NCBI GenBank assembly: GCA_902787145.1
Contig: CADAEZ010000005.1
Span: 1,864-65,863 of the forward strand
Direction of reading: 5' to 3'
From: an uncultured Ruminococcus sp.
Lineage (GTDB): Bacteria; Bacillota; Clostridia; Oscillospirales; Acutalibacteraceae
DNA length: 64,000 bases
Both the position numbers and the translations under genes were made by a program. Position 1 is the stretch's first letter. Each line of letters starts with the position of its first letter. Positions 51,410-61,921 of this stretch are shown piece after piece. The notes beneath the pieces are model-generated. The model ran no database searches, was not told where the DNA came from, and was given only the letters and a program-made list of their open reading frames with translations.

Positions 51410-51610
51410 TTATTTCATATTGAAACGCTTCTTGAATCTGTCAACACGTCCGCCTGTGTCAACCAACTTCTGCTTTCCTGTGAAGAAAGGATGGCACTTT
51501 GAACAAACCTCGACGCGGATGTCCTTCTTTGTGGATCCTGTCTCGATTACGTTACCGCAAGCGCATGTAACAGTAGTCTGCTGGTAATTTGGATGGATTC
51601 CGTTTTTCAT
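51410..51610 (-). CDS. rpmE: 50S ribosomal protein L31 (Zn-binding type)
   Basis: [31 protein letters not shown]. Confidence 0.96.
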   Translation of the reverse strand: MKNGIHPNYQQTTVTCACGNVIETGSTKKDIRVEVCSKCHPFFTGKQKLVDTGGRVDRFKKRFNMK

Positions 51611-51703
51611 ATTATTCACCTCATTCGTGGTATAATCAACATAACATTTGAATTATACAACAGATTTACGTAAAATGCAAGTGTTTTTTATAATTTTTTT
51701 AAA

Positions 51704-52561
51704 TTATCCTCTCGAATTCATATATTCGCTGTATTCGTCGAGGCACATATTAAGTGAACGCATTATGGGAGCGTTGTCCTCGCCAACATAGCGAAAAGCG
51801 CAGTAGTTGGCTTTCATAGAGGTTTCGGCGGTTTTGTCCGGCGGATATCGCAGCACAAAGCCGTAGTCTATCGAATTGTTTATAAGCCACTCATATGCCT
51901 GTGAGTACGCAAACTTTACACCCTCGGTAGACATAAAGCTTATGATAAGCCCTGTCTGGCACTCGCTTCTGCCTGCCTGCGGAACGGTTGTAACAGTCTT
52001 GGCCTCAGCCTTGACCTCGGTGAGGTCGTACTTTGTAACATAGGCCTTAAACTTTTTCTTGTACAGAACATCCTGCTCGTCGTACGAGACATAGGCATAG
52101 TCGATAACAAGGCTTACGCCGTCCTTTTTGGCGGCCGCGAGCATTTTTTCGAGACTGTCGAAGGCCAGCTTGTTGACAAACACCTTGCCGTCAACGTCAA
52201 CAAGCTCGGGAACATAGTCCTTGTCGAGCGGATTGGACTTGTTGACAACCCTGAGCAGCTCCTTGCTGTCGCCGGATGCGGAGTTATTGTACTCCGAGGA
52301 CTGGGTAAGCCCGGTGTCGGTATGGAACATAGCCGAGCCGACAACGAGAGTCACAATAACCACAGCTGCAAGCAATGCCGCTACAACGATCCTCGCTATT
52401 CTCAGTCCCGAGGTGGACTCGCTGAATGAATCGGTCGGCAGATGCTTTACGGGGTCTGTGTATCGCTTTGCGCGAAAGCCAAATCCGCGTTTTCTGCCGA
52501 AGGAACGTCTGCTGCGTTTTTTATAAGAACCGAAACCCTTGTTATAGGTATTTTTCAGCAC
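51704..52561 (-). CDS. M15B (VanY-like) D,D-carboxypeptidase homologue with degenerate active site
   Basis: LRVVNK..L..DYVP.L, G.SE.QTGL, YGF.LRYP, RYVG; catalytic residues altered. Confidence 0.8.
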   Translation of the reverse strand: MLKNTYNKGFGSYKKRSRRSFGRKRGFGFRAKRYTDPVKHLPTDSFSESTSGLRIARIVVAALLAAVVIVTLVVGSAMFHTDTGLTQSSEYNNSASGDSKELLRVVNKSNPLDKDYVPELVDVDGKVFVNKLAFDSLEKMLAAAKKDGVSLVIDYAYVSYDEQDVLYKKKFKAYVTKYDLTEVKAEAKTVTTVPQAGRSECQTGLIISFMSTEGVKFAYSQAYEWLINNSIDYGFVLRYPPDKTAETSMKANYCAFRYVGEDNAPIMRSLNMCLDEYSEYMNSRG

Positions 52562-52563
52562 TT

Positions 52564-54507
52564 TTATTTAATCTCCTTAGTCTCGATTTCCTTCTCAGCC
52601 ATTTCGATAAAGCTGTCGAGAGACATTGAGCCGAGGTCTCCGTCCTTTCTGTGACGAACCGATACAGCGTTGTTCTCGATATCCTTATCGCCTACTACAA
52701 ACATATAAGGAACCTTCTGGAGCTGAGCCTCACGGATTTTATAACCGATTTTCTCGCTTCTGTCGTCGATTTCCACGCGCATACCCTTAGCCTCAAGCTT
52801 TCTCTTGATATCGTACGCGTAGTCAAAGTGACGGTCGGCAATCGGAAGAATCTTAACCTGTGTAGGCGCGAGCCACATCGGGAACGCTCCGGCGTATTTT
52901 TCGATAAGCAGGGCGAGAGTCCTCTCGTAACATCCGATAGAAGTACGGTGGATGATGTACGGATTCTTCTTTTTGCCGTCCTTATCGACGTATTCCATAT
53001 CAAACTGCTTGGCAAGCATCTGGTCTACCTGAATTGTAATCAGTGTATCCTCCTTGCCGTATACGTTCTTTATCTGGATATCGAGCTTGGGACCGTAGAA
53101 CGCCGCCTCGCCGACGCCTATTTCGTAAGGGATTTCGAGGTGATCGAGGATCTTCTTCATTGTGGACTGAGCCTCGTCCCACTGCTCCTCTGTACCGATG
53201 TATTTTTCTCTGTCGCTTGGATCCCACTGGGAGAAGCGATAGCTTACGTCCTCGTAGAGACCGACTGTCTTAAGCATAAAGATAGCAAGCTCCAGGCAGC
53301 CCTTGAACTCGTCCTCAAGCTGTTCGGGAGTACACATAAGGTGTCCCTCGGAGATTGTAAACTGACGTACGCGAATAAGGCCGTGCATCTCGCCCGAAGC
53401 CTCGTTACGGAACAGAGTTGATGTCTCGTTGTATCTGAGCGGAAGGTCACGGTAGGAACGCTGACGGTTGAGATATGCCTGGTACTGGAACGGACAGGTC
53501 ATAGGACGAAGGGCGTATACCTCGTCATCCTTTTCCTCGTCGCCGAGCACAAACATACCGTCCTTGTAATGTCCCCAGTGACCGCTGATTTTATAGAGGT
53601 CGGACTTAGCCATAAACGGAGTTTTTGTGAGCAGCCATCCCCTCTTCTGCTCCTCGTCCTCAACAAAACGCTGTAAGAGCTGGATCACCCTAGCGCCCTT
53701 TGGAAGCATAATCGGGAGTCCCTGGCCGATATAATCGACAGTTGTAAAGAGCTCAAGCTCTCTGCCGAGTTTATTGTGGTCGCGCTTTACGGCTTCTTCC
53801 ATCATCTTGAGGTGTTCCTCCAGCATAGAAGCCTTCGGGAACGCTACACCGTATACACGGCAGAGCTGGGCGTTCTTGGCGTCGCCTCTCCAGTAAGCGC
53901 CTGTGCAGTTTGTAAGGGCTATTGCCTTGATCGCGCTTACATCCATAAGGTGAGGCCCCGCGCAAAGGTCAGTGAAGTCATCCTGCTTGTAGAAGCTGAT
54001 TTTTTCTCCCTTATCACTGTGCTCCTTGCACAGCTCAACCTTATAAGGCTCGTTCATATCCTCCAGAAGCTTTACGGCCTCGTCGGGATCGAGCTCGAAT
54101 TTTTCTATAGCGATTTTAGATTTTACGATTTTCTTCATCTCGGCAGTGATTTTGTCGAGATCCTCACGTGTAAAGGGTTTCTCGACGTCAAAATCATAGT
54201 AAAAGCCGTTGTCCACAGCGGGACCTATAGCGCACTTGGCGTCGGGATAGAGTCTCTTTACCGCCTGAGCGAGTACGTGTGAGGCAGAATGCCAGAAGGC
54301 CTTCTTTCCGTTAACATCATCAAATGTCAGAAGCTCAACCTTGCAGTCAGCATTAAGCTCGGTTCTAAGGTCGCGCACTTCGCCGTCAACCTTGGCGGCG
54401 CATACGGATTTATAAAGTCCCATTCCGATAGACTTTGCGATTTCGGCCGGAGTAATGCCGCTTTCGTATTGGTTTACAACTCCGCCTTTTAGTTCTACAT
54501 TAATCAT
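52564..54507 (-). CDS. thrS: Threonine--tRNA ligase
   Basis: HSASH.LAQA, DLCAGPH, RDHNKLG, RPMTCP, HGLIRVRQF, AFYGPK.D. Confidence 0.97.
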   Translation of the reverse strand: MINVELKGGVVNQYESGITPAEIAKSIGMGLYKSVCAAKVDGEVRDLRTELNADCKVELLTFDDVNGKKAFWHSASHVLAQAVKRLYPDAKCAIGPAVDNGFYYDFDVEKPFTREDLDKITAEMKKIVKSKIAIEKFELDPDEAVKLLEDMNEPYKVELCKEHSDKGEKISFYKQDDFTDLCAGPHLMDVSAIKAIALTNCTGAYWRGDAKNAQLCRVYGVAFPKASMLEEHLKMMEEAVKRDHNKLGRELELFTTVDYIGQGLPIMLPKGARVIQLLQRFVEDEEQKRGWLLTKTPFMAKSDLYKISGHWGHYKDGMFVLGDEEKDDEVYALRPMTCPFQYQAYLNRQRSYRDLPLRYNETSTLFRNEASGEMHGLIRVRQFTISEGHLMCTPEQLEDEFKGCLELAIFMLKTVGLYEDVSYRFSQWDPSDREKYIGTEEQWDEAQSTMKKILDHLEIPYEIGVGEAAFYGPKLDIQIKNVYGKEDTLITIQVDQMLAKQFDMEYVDKDGKKKNPYIIHRTSIGCYERTLALLIEKYAGAFPMWLAPTQVKILPIADRHFDYAYDIKRKLEAKGMRVEIDDRSEKIGYKIREAQLQKVPYMFVVGDKDIENNAVSVRHRKDGDLGSMSLDSFIEMAEKEIETKEIK

Positions 54508-54524
54508 ATTAAAAATCCCCTTTC

Positions 54525-54755
54525 ATAATAAAACGCCCCAATATTCCGCAAAAGAATATTGGGGCGACTGAATTTACAATCGCGGTTCCACCCAACTTTG
54601 GTAAAAACCCTCATTAAGCCTTTAACGGAGCAATCCGCCGAACCATTTCCTGTCCGGTACTCAGAGGTGGTAACATACTCATCCGGCACGCGCTCACACC
54701 GGCCGCGCGCTCTCTTGAGCCTTACAAAGCATATCATGTCCTCGTCATCGTATAG
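54525..54755 (-). promoter_or_regulatory. T-box leader of thrS
   Basis: AAGTTGGGTGGAACCGCG (54598-54581) then terminator CGCCCCAATATT/AATATTGGGGCG plus T; ACC (Thr) triplets in stem I. Confidence 0.92.
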
Positions 54756-54809
54756 TTATATTAACACTTAGAATATAAAAAGTCAATAAGCAATTTGCAA
54801 TAAAATTAT

Positions 54810-56003
54810 TTACTGATTAATATCGGAGATAAGGTCGTCTATTTTCTTCATCTGTTCTTCGGAGTAGTCGTCCGATTCCTGAAGCTCACGGTTGATCTTG
54901 TTGGATTCGAGCACGCCTTCCTCAAAGTTCTCGACCTTGTCCTTCTCGACAAGAATAGCGTCGTCACCGTTGTCGTCGGGAGCTACCACAAGGTCGTCCG
55001 CCTCGTGAGTATTGCCGTAGCTGTCGATATAGTCATATTCTTCTGTATATGAACTGTCCGTCTCGGTAACGAACTCCTCGGCGTCCTCGGTCGCGAACGT
55101 GTAGTCGTAGTCATAGTCGCCTGTCTGTTCCTCCGGAGCCACAACAGTGTTGTCCTGATAGGCGCCGTATACCCTCTGCTCCTCGTCGAAATCGTCGAGG
55201 TCGAATTTTACGACCTGCTCATCCTTTGTAAACGCTTTCTTGGTAATCTCGATATTGAAAAATACAACATAGAGAGCGAGTGACAAAAAGGCGAATCCGA
55301 TTACGTTTTCAGAATAGTCGATGCCGGAGGTGATGATGTTGACGATGTTGACAAAGCCGTAGATAAAGCCGATAGTCGCGAACGGAAGTCCGTACAAAAA
55401 CATTGCCTTTACCGGATTTTTTCCGCTTATGGTAGCAACTACCATAGAGAGCTTGAATGTATAAATCATTAGAAAAGCAAAGCAGAACAGCGGTATCGGA
55501 TTAATGGAAATTACCGACACGGTACGGTTGTTCAGAAACTCGTTAATGAGCATAAGTCCGCTCCACACAGGCATTGCCAAGAACAGCGCGCCCATTCGCG
55601 GAAGGAAGTTTTTACCCTGAACATGAGCCAGAGCGATTACCACAAAGCATATCGCGGTAAGCATTCCGAAGAATACCATCCCGAAGGTAAACAGGTTAAA
55701 CGAGCCGTTCTGAAGCGCGAGAATGGTGGTCAGCGCGGATTTGGACGCTATCATTCCCGCGGCGAGCACCGCGAACACCGCGCTCGGAATATTGCGCGAC
55801 ATAAGATACATCGGCGAGGTCATTTTGTCCATTGCCGTAAACACAATGTTAACAGCGAACATCAAAAGCACTGCCGCGACAGCGATATATGCCGGAATAC
55901 AATCATCCGGTGAAAATACAATTCCGAGTTTCTGCATTACCATAACGGCAACAGCCGCAACAGATAAAGGAATAAACGGAATCCAACACAGTTTTACTTT
56001 CAT
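54810..56003 (-). CDS. Hypothetical polytopic membrane protein with long acidic C-terminal tail
   Basis: About 8 hydrophobic segments followed by ~130 D/E/Y-rich residues. Confidence 0.75.
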   Translation of the reverse strand: MKVKLCWIPFIPLSVAAVAVMVMQKLGIVFSPDDCIPAYIAVAAVLLMFAVNIVFTAMDKMTSPMYLMSRNIPSAVFAVLAAGMIASKSALTTILALQNGSFNLFTFGMVFFGMLTAICFVVIALAHVQGKNFLPRMGALFLAMPVWSGLMLINEFLNNRTVSVISINPIPLFCFAFLMIYTFKLSMVVATISGKNPVKAMFLYGLPFATIGFIYGFVNIVNIITSGIDYSENVIGFAFLSLALYVVFFNIEITKKAFTKDEQVVKFDLDDFDEEQRVYGAYQDNTVVAPEEQTGDYDYDYTFATEDAEEFVTETDSSYTEEYDYIDSYGNTHEADDLVVAPDDNGDDAILVEKDKVENFEEGVLESNKINRELQESDDYSEEQMKKIDDLISDINQ

Positions 56004-56098
56004 ATAATTTCCTTTCTGTATTGTTCTAACAATCTTTTTTAAACATATAATATTTTAAGACAAAGACAAGCTTATGTCAAGGAATAAAGAGTGAAATT

Positions 56099-56653
56099 AT
56101 GAAAAATAAGATATTAGGTTTTTTATTTATATTGCTGATACTGGCTGTTATACCGCTTGTAAACCTGAACAAAGCGAGTATTTCCAAAGCTTTACCGGTT
56201 TTTTCCGATAATAACGCCAACAAAAACAGCCTTATCGCTCAAAAGGCAGACGCCACTATCGCCGATAACTACTGTGACGAAGCGGTCAAGGCGGTGATTA
56301 TAATTCTGAACACGAATTATAAATGCGATAAAAACAGCTTTAGTACAAGCGATAAGAAAAGTTATAATTCCAAAACAGAAAAATATGTACGTGAACTGGC
56401 AGGTAAGCATATAGTATACAAGGGAAAAATCTCACCTGTACCCTATTTCAGATACTCCAAGGGATACACTGCCACGTCGGCGAAATACCCCTACATAAAA
56501 AACTCAGCCTGTCCGTGGGATTGCGGCAAAAACAGCGATAACATCGAGGGAGTAAGCCTCAACTCGCTCAACGAATTGTGCAAAAACGGACTGAACGCCG
56601 AGCAGGCTCTCAAACATTTTCTGTCGGATATTGAAATCAAAACCACCCGTTAG
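56099..56653 (+). CDS. Short SpoIID/LytB-like protein
   Basis: N-terminal TM; EAVKA...NTNY, YF..S.G.T, YPY....CPWD, GVS......L...G...Q.L.HF resemble SpoIID. Confidence 0.55.
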   Translation: MKNKILGFLFILLILAVIPLVNLNKASISKALPVFSDNNANKNSLIAQKADATIADNYCDEAVKAVIIILNTNYKCDKNSFSTSDKKSYNSKTEKYVRELAGKHIVYKGKISPVPYFRYSKGYTATSAKYPYIKNSACPWDCGKNSDNIEGVSLNSLNELCKNGLNAEQALKHFLSDIEIKTTR

Positions 56654-56673
56654 ACGGGTGGCTTTTGCTTTTA

Positions 56674-58026
56674 TCAGAAGTTCCTGTATCTCTTGACGTT
56701 TCTTCTTCTGCGGCGGCTGCGGCGGCGGATTATCGTACTGATTATGATGTAAATAATAAGCAGAATGATAATAGCCGATATAACAATAATGAACCACCGG
56801 GAAACGACAATGCTCTGAATCACGCTGAGGACATACAGGATACCGCTGCGCTCGATTGTCTCGGAGGATACAAGGTTAACTCTGCCGAGCTCCTGTTTGC
56901 CATCGGCCTTAGGTCCCTTATAATACACAACGGCCTTGCCGATTACGTCGCCCTCTTTTATCGGAGCGTCAACGCTATCGGGGATCTGAGTATCAATTAC
57001 GATATCGGTTTCGTTATAATCGTTCGGCACAATGGCGTTGATGTTCTTTTCCGGCACGAGCTGAACACTCTTTTTGCCCCACGCGAGGTTGATTTTCTGC
57101 TCGCAAATCGGGGTCTCGGAGGAAGCCACCTGGTTGAGCTCAAGCTTTGTAAGAGCCCAGCGGAACATCTCCTTGGCGTCAATCATAGTGCCGTATACGT
57201 CGTTGTTGGGGTCGAATTTATTCTTCATAAACACGCCGAGATACGAGTATCCGTCGGCCGCGCCCATAGTAACGAGGCAGTGACCGGCTTCGTCGGTGGT
57301 ACCGGTCTTGATACCCTGAGCGTAGGGATAGTAATAATTACCTCCGCGGTTGCTGTCTATGAGGTAGTTTGTAGTTATAAGAGGAATACTCTCGCCCTTT
57401 ACGTAATATGTAGTGGTATTTGTAATTGTGGAAAACTCAGGCAAAGTCAGCGCGTACTGAGTTATCTTCGCCATATCGGCGGCTGTAGTGTAGTGTCTCT
57501 TGTCGTGGAGACCGTCGGGATTGGCAAAGTGAGTGTTCTTGCATCCGAGCTCCTTAGCCTTTTTGTTCATCATATCGACAAATTTGTTGATGTTACCCTC
57601 GCCGACAAAATCAGCCAGCACCATAGCGGCGTCATTACCCGACGGAACCATCATAGAGTACAAAAGGTCGATAACAGTCATATAATCGCCTACGTGCGAC
57701 TGAACATTGGCAACCGAGCTGCCTGTGCCCAAAAGCTTGTCGAGAACATTCTGCTTAATCTTTACCTTGGTTTTCTTAAAATTGCTGATATTCTCGGCAA
57801 CGACAATATATGTCATAATCTTGGTAGTAGAGGCCGGATATACCTTTTTGTCCGAATTCTTGTCAAAAACCACCTGTCCGGTATCCATATTTATAAGCAG
57901 GACGGCTCTTGAATTGAGCTTTACCTTGTTCTTATAATTTACGGCAGAAGCCGGAACAAGCGCCGATGATATGATAGTGACAAGCACAATCATCATCGAA
58001 AGAAATATTGCAAGCTTCTTTTTCAT
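56674..58026 (-). CDS. D-alanyl-D-alanine carboxypeptidase (peptidase S11)
   Basis: PASTTK (SxxK), SGN, F.NPDGL, KTG; C-terminal TM plus Arg tail. Confidence 0.93.
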   Translation of the reverse strand: MKKKLAIFLSMMIVLVTIISSALVPASAVNYKNKVKLNSRAVLLINMDTGQVVFDKNSDKKVYPASTTKIMTYIVVAENISNFKKTKVKIKQNVLDKLLGTGSSVANVQSHVGDYMTVIDLLYSMMVPSGNDAAMVLADFVGEGNINKFVDMMNKKAKELGCKNTHFANPDGLHDKRHYTTAADMAKITQYALTLPEFSTITNTTTYYVKGESIPLITTNYLIDSNRGGNYYYPYAQGIKTGTTDEAGHCLVTMGAADGYSYLGVFMKNKFDPNNDVYGTMIDAKEMFRWALTKLELNQVASSETPICEQKINLAWGKKSVQLVPEKNINAIVPNDYNETDIVIDTQIPDSVDAPIKEGDVIGKAVVYYKGPKADGKQELGRVNLVSSETIERSGILYVLSVIQSIVVSRWFIIVISAIIILLIIYIIISTIIRRRSRRRRRNVKRYRNF

Positions 58027-58124
58027 AATATACCTCCATTTATATAAATGTACATTATTAGAAGTATTATAGCACATAAATTCAAATTAGACAATAGTTA
58101 TTTTTTATTGCCGACGGACATCAG

Positions 58125-58331
58125 AAAAGCGTGCATAAAACGGCACGCCTTTCGCTACTCATCGCTCGTTCTGCGAAGCAGAAACTGAGCGGAGAATATA
58201 AATTATTTTTTACTCTATAGGAGTAAGTATAATTGCACGACTATTTCAAGAATTGATTTAGAATTAATTTGCAAGTTTTGAGTAATTACCTATAGAGTAA
58301 GAAAAGCGTGCCACGTTTGGCACGCCTTTCC
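58125..58331. repeat. Composite palindromic region with dispersed repeat copy
   Basis: AAAAGCGTGC..GCACGCCTTTC duplicated (58125, 58302); repeat body 58150-58230; inverted TACTCTATAGG/CCTATAGAGTA. Confidence 0.7.
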
Positions 58332-58340
58332 GATATATAA

Positions 58341-60079
58341 TTATTTTTCTCTCTTAACGTATGATGTATGGAGAAGCTCGTGAGCCTTATGTGAACCCGG
58401 CTCGCCGAGGAAGTCGTCATAGATAGCCTTGATTTCGGGGTTATCGTGTGACTTTCTGTACTTGAGCGCCTTGTCGTCGCTGTAGAGAGCAGCGGCGCGC
58501 TTTGCCTTAAGATCGACAAAGTTGCGTACGTGACCCGGCTGGATCGGCTGACCGCCGCCGTTTACACATCCGCCCGGACAGCACATAACCTCGATAAACT
58601 GATACGGGCTCTTGCCTGCGCGGATTTCGTCGAGCAGCTTAGCCGCGTTTTTAAGGCCTGATGTTACGGCAACCTTAACGTCCATACCGGCTACGTTGTA
58701 GGTAGCTTCCTTGATGTCGTCGGTACCGCGAACCTCGGTGTACTCTACATCAGCAAGATCCTCGCCTGTGAGTACATCGGCAACTGTACGAAGCGCAGCC
58801 TCCATAACGCCGCCTGTAGCGCCGAAGATCGTACCGGCGCCTGAGCCGATAGCCATCAGCGGATCGAACTCGTCGTCCTCAAGCTCTGTGAACACTGGAT
58901 TCCGGCAGTCTTTATCATCTTGGCGAGCTCACGGGTCGTGATAGAGATGTCGTTATCCTGCATACCGTCGTGGCCCTGGTCGTCACGTTTGATCTCGAAC
59001 TTCTTGGCTACGCATGGCATTACGGATACAACCACGATATCCTTCGGGTTGATACCGGCCTTCTCGGCGTAGTAAGACTTAATCATTGAACCCTGCATCT
59101 GCTGTGGTGACTTACAGGTTGAAAGATGCGGGATAAGGTCGGGATAATAATGCTCGCAGAACTTAATCCATCCCGGTGAACAGGAAGTGATCATCGGCAG
59201 TGTGCCGCCTTCCTTTACACGGTGGATAAACTCTGTGCCCTCTTCCATAATTGTAAGGTCGGCGCCGAAGTTGGTGTCGAATACCTTATCAAATCCGAGG
59301 AGCTTGAGAGCCTTAACCATCTTGCCTGTTACAAGTGAGCCAATCGGCATACCGAAGCATTCGCCGAGGGTCGCGCGGATTGACGGAGCGGTGTGAACAA
59401 CAACGTGCTTTGTAGGATCGGCAATAGCCTCAAATACCTTGGCGGTGTCGTCACGCTCTACGAGAGCGCCTGTCGGACATACTACTGTACACTGACCGCA
59501 GCTTACGCACGGTACATTGTTGAGCTCCTGTTCAAAGGCACAGGTGATTTCTGTATCAAAGCCTCTGTTGTTGGCGCCGATTACGGATACGTACTGGTTT
59601 TTACAAGCAGCTACGCAGCGGCGGCAGAGGATACATTTGTCGTTGTTACGAACAAGGTGGAGAGTGCTTACGTCGGGCTCTGACTTTGTCGTCTCGCCCT
59701 CGAACTTGCTCTCGTCAACGCCGTACTCAAGGCAAAGCTTCTGCAGCTCGCAGTTGTCGTTTCTCGGACATGAGAGGCATTTTTTGTCGTGATTGGAAAG
59801 AAGAAGCTCGAGATTCATCTTTCTGTACTTGCGGATTTCCGGAGTATTTGTAAAAATCTCGGTGCCGTCTCTGTCGATAGGATATACGCAGGCAGCTACT
59901 AAGCTTCTCGCGCCCTTAACCTCGCACAGACACATACGGCAAGCGCCGATTTCGTTGATTTCTTTCAGGTAGCACAGTGTAGGAATCTTAATTCCGTTCT
60001 GATGGCAGGCTTCAAGAATAGTAGTATTTTTTTCAACAGTATAGTCTTTACCGTTGATTTTAATGTTTAACATTTCCAC
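58341..60079 (-). pseudogene. hydA: [FeFe]-hydrogenase catalytic subunit (HydA/HndD), frameshifted near 58893
   Basis: TSCSPGW and MPCVAKKFE in upstream ORF, EVMCCPGGCVNGGGQP in downstream ORF; ATC CAG TG TTC has 2 extra nt. Confidence 0.85.
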
Positions 60080-60097
60080 AGTAAATATCTCCTTTCT

Positions 60098-61906
60098 TTA
60101 GCCCTTAGAAATAGCGCCGAACTTACATGTATCCATACAAGCGCCGCACTTAACGCACTTGGAGGAATCGATCTCATAAGCAGGCTTTTTCTTGCCGGGA
60201 GCGGTATAATCAGTAACGGTGATAGTGCTGACAGGACACTTTCTCGCGCACATTCCGCAGCCGATACATTTATCTTTGTCAATCTTGAACTCAAGCAGGT
60301 TCTTACATACGCCGGCAGGACACTTTTTGTCCACAACATGGGCGATGTACTCGTCCTTAAAGTAGCGGAGAGTCGAGAGAACCGGGTTTGGAGCAGTCTG
60401 GCCGAGACCGCACAGAGAGTTCGCTTTGATGAAGTAGCACAGCTCCTCCATCTCGTCGAGCATTTCAATGGTTCCCTTGCCGTCTGTAATCTTTTCGAGC
60501 ATTTCAAGCAGTCTCTTTGTACCTACGCGGCACGGAGTACACTTACCGCAGCTCTCGTCAACGGTGAACTCAAGGAAGAACTTGGCAACGTCAACCATAC
60601 AGTTGTCCTCGTCCATTACGATAAGTCCGCCGGAACCCATCATCGAGCCGATAGCAAGGAGGTTGTCGTAGTCGATTTCAACGTCGAGGTGACTTGCGGG
60701 GATACATCCGCCGGAGGGACCGCCTGTCTGAGCGGCCTTGAACTTCTTGCCGTTCGGGATACCGCCGCCGATTTCGTATATAATCTCACGCAGAGTTGTT
60801 CCCATAGGAACCTCTACGAGACCTGTATGCTCAATCTTACCGCCGAGAGCGAATACCTTGGTACCCTTGCTCTTTTCTGTACCCATAGAAGCGAACCACT
60901 CAGGTCCATTAAGGATAATCTGGGCGATGTTTGCGTATGTCTCAACATTGTTGAGGATAGTAGGCTTCTGATAAAGTCCCTTAACCGCCGGGAACGGTGG
61001 ACGCGGACGGGGCTCGCCGCGCTTGCCCTCGATAGAGGTCATAAGCGATGTTTCCTCACCGCATACGAAAGCTCCTGCTCCGAGTCTGAGACCGATATCA
61101 AAATCAAAGCCTGTGCCAAAGATATCCTTGCCCAAAAGACCGTACTCGTGAGCCTGGTCGATAGCGATTTTAAGACGCTTAACGGCGATAGGATACTCAG
61201 CTCTTACATAGATATAACCCTGTGAAGCACCGATAGCGTAACCGGCGATAGCCATAGCCTCAAGCACAGCGTGGGGGTCGCCCTCAAGTACGGAACGATC
61301 CATAAACGCGCCTGGGTCACCTTCGTCGGCGTTACAGCAAACGTACTTCTGGTCAGCGTCATTAGCAGCCGCGAACTTCCACTTAAGTCCTGTCGGGAAT
61401 CCGGCTCCGCCTCTGCCTCTGAGTCCTGAGTCGAGGATAGTCTGGATAACCTCGTCGGGCTTCATCTCGGTAAGAACCTTACCAAGGGCGGCGTAACCGT
61501 CCATAGCGATATAGTCGTCAATCTTCTCCGGGTCGATAACACCGCAGTTTCTGAGGGCTACACGCTTCTGCTTCTCGTAGAAAGCAGTTTTGTTGAGTGA
61601 CTTGATTGTGTCTTCCTCAACTGTCTCCTGGTAAAGAAGTCTTGTAACGATACGACCCTTGAGGAGGTGTTCCTCAACGATTTCGGGGATGTCGTCAACC
61701 TTAACCATTGAGTAGAAGCTTCCCTCAGGGTAGATTACCATAATCGGGCCGAGCGCGCAAAGGCCGAAGCATCCGGTTGTGATAACGTTAACTTCTTTTT
61801 CGAGACCTTTTTTCTTAATCTCTTCGTTGAGCTTATCAACGATTTTTAAGCTGTCTGAGGAGGTACATCCGGTACCGCCGCAAACGAGCACATTAGAACG
61901 ATACAT
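60098..61906 (-). CDS. NADH/FMN-binding hydrogenase subunit (HydB/HndC, NuoF-like)
   Basis: GLRGRGGAGFPTG, NADEGDPG, GAGAFVCGEET, ESCGKCTPCR, C-terminal 2x[4Fe-4S]. Confidence 0.95.
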   Translation of the reverse strand: MYRSNVLVCGGTGCTSSDSLKIVDKLNEEIKKKGLEKEVNVITTGCFGLCALGPIMVIYPEGSFYSMVKVDDIPEIVEEHLLKGRIVTRLLYQETVEEDTIKSLNKTAFYEKQKRVALRNCGVIDPEKIDDYIAMDGYAALGKVLTEMKPDEVIQTILDSGLRGRGGAGFPTGLKWKFAAANDADQKYVCCNADEGDPGAFMDRSVLEGDPHAVLEAMAIAGYAIGASQGYIYVRAEYPIAVKRLKIAIDQAHEYGLLGKDIFGTGFDFDIGLRLGAGAFVCGEETSLMTSIEGKRGEPRPRPPFPAVKGLYQKPTILNNVETYANIAQIILNGPEWFASMGTEKSKGTKVFALGGKIEHTGLVEVPMGTTLREIIYEIGGGIPNGKKFKAAQTGGPSGGCIPASHLDVEIDYDNLLAIGSMMGSGGLIVMDEDNCMVDVAKFFLEFTVDESCGKCTPCRVGTKRLLEMLEKITDGKGTIEMLDEMEELCYFIKANSLCGLGQTAPNPVLSTLRYFKDEYIAHVVDKKCPAGVCKNLLEFKIDKDKCIGCGMCARKCPVSTITVTDYTAPGKKKPAYEIDSSKCVKCGACMDTCKFGAISKG

Positions 61907-61921
61907 TAATTGTCCTCCTTA

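Noticed and set aside
54504-54771. 77-aa and 70-aa ORFs upstream of thrS
   Set aside because: The region is the T-box leader RNA.
56665-57912. 415-aa plus-strand ORF
   Set aside because: Antisense shadow of the S11 carboxypeptidase gene.
60338-61225. 295-aa plus-strand ORF
   Set aside because: Antisense shadow of the NuoF-like hydrogenase subunit.
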